Assembly (NCBI GenBank): GCA_038087875.1
Contig: CM075999.1
Span: 1,552,001-1,616,000 of the forward strand
Reading direction: 5' to 3'
Length of the DNA: 64,000 bases
Source of the DNA: Malacoraja senta
Lineage: Eukaryota
The position numbers were made by a program, and so were the translations under genes. Positions 63,316 through 64,000 of the stretch are shown one piece after another; positions within the stretch are counted from its first letter, which is position 1, and every line of letters starts with the position of its first letter. The notes under the pieces were generated by a model. The model had not been told where the DNA came from, ran no database searches, and saw nothing but the letters and a program-made list of their open reading frames with translations.

Positions 63316-64000
63316 ATCAGCATGTTCTATTTTATTTCAGATTTACAGCATCTGCAGTATTTTACTTTTATTAGCTGTTGCGGGAGAGGTGCAACAGCGA
63401 CCTTGAAGTTGCACAATGCCTTGTTTTGACTTGAAGACAGCACCTATCAACCACTCCCTATGCTTGCTCGCTGTTTATATAACTTGCCAAAATACAATTG
63501 CTATTGTTGCTTTGCACTACTGTGTCAAGGAGGGTTGGATATTGCAAATGAACTGCAGCGGCGGTTATTTCAGAAAGCAAGACAAGGTTAAGGTAACAGG
63601 CAAATTATTTATTTGGACTTGTTCTTTGTAAATATTATTTCCATTCCATTTGTATTTGCGTCTGACTCACCACTTTTAGCTTTACAATGGGTTGTAAATT
63701 ATAGGTGGAGGTGACCTTTGTACAGCCCAGATCACTTTACCTTTCTTGTTAAAGTCTAATCACTAGTTGTTTGCTGTTGCTAGTTTTAGTTTGGGTCTCT
63801 ACCTGCTCCTCTCCACTGCGCTCCCTCCATTTTATGCCGCCAGTCCTTTGCAACAACGTCGGGTTGCAAGGAGGTCATTGACCTGAAGCAATACATACTG
63901 ATCTTCTCCCCACAGATGCTGACTGACTGCAGGACATTACAACTGCTTGCGATTATTGTGGTAATATTGGCCTTCAAGGTTGCCAAGATGGCGCCCAAGT

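Overview
Eukaryotic, repeat-saturated intronic or intergenic DNA. The repeat set (HE1-type tRNA-derived V-SINEs sharing their tail with CR1/HER1 LINEs) points to a cartilaginous fish, probably a skate or ray (inference). I recognise no host protein-coding gene; every long ORF is retrotransposon-derived (CR1, L1, L2, Rex1-like, Penelope). Other elements are PIF/Harbinger-type MITEs (TWA TSD) and one hAT-type non-autonomous element (8-bp TSD). Main observations: (1) a ~135-bp non-tRNA retroposon, in two copies with TSDs (1557-1691 +, 52045-52178 -), whose first 55 nt fold into a complete minimal HDV/CPEB3-like self-cleaving ribozyme beginning at the element 5' end; (2) a 15-kb X-L1-X-L1-X array in which an ~800-bp block flanks two dead L1 copies that share inactivating mutations, one of them later invaded by a near-intact CR1; (3) about 20 Penelope-type terminal-repeat fragments carrying a minimal hammerhead core, several as fold-back palindromes. 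Coordinates of decayed repeats are approximate, read by eye.
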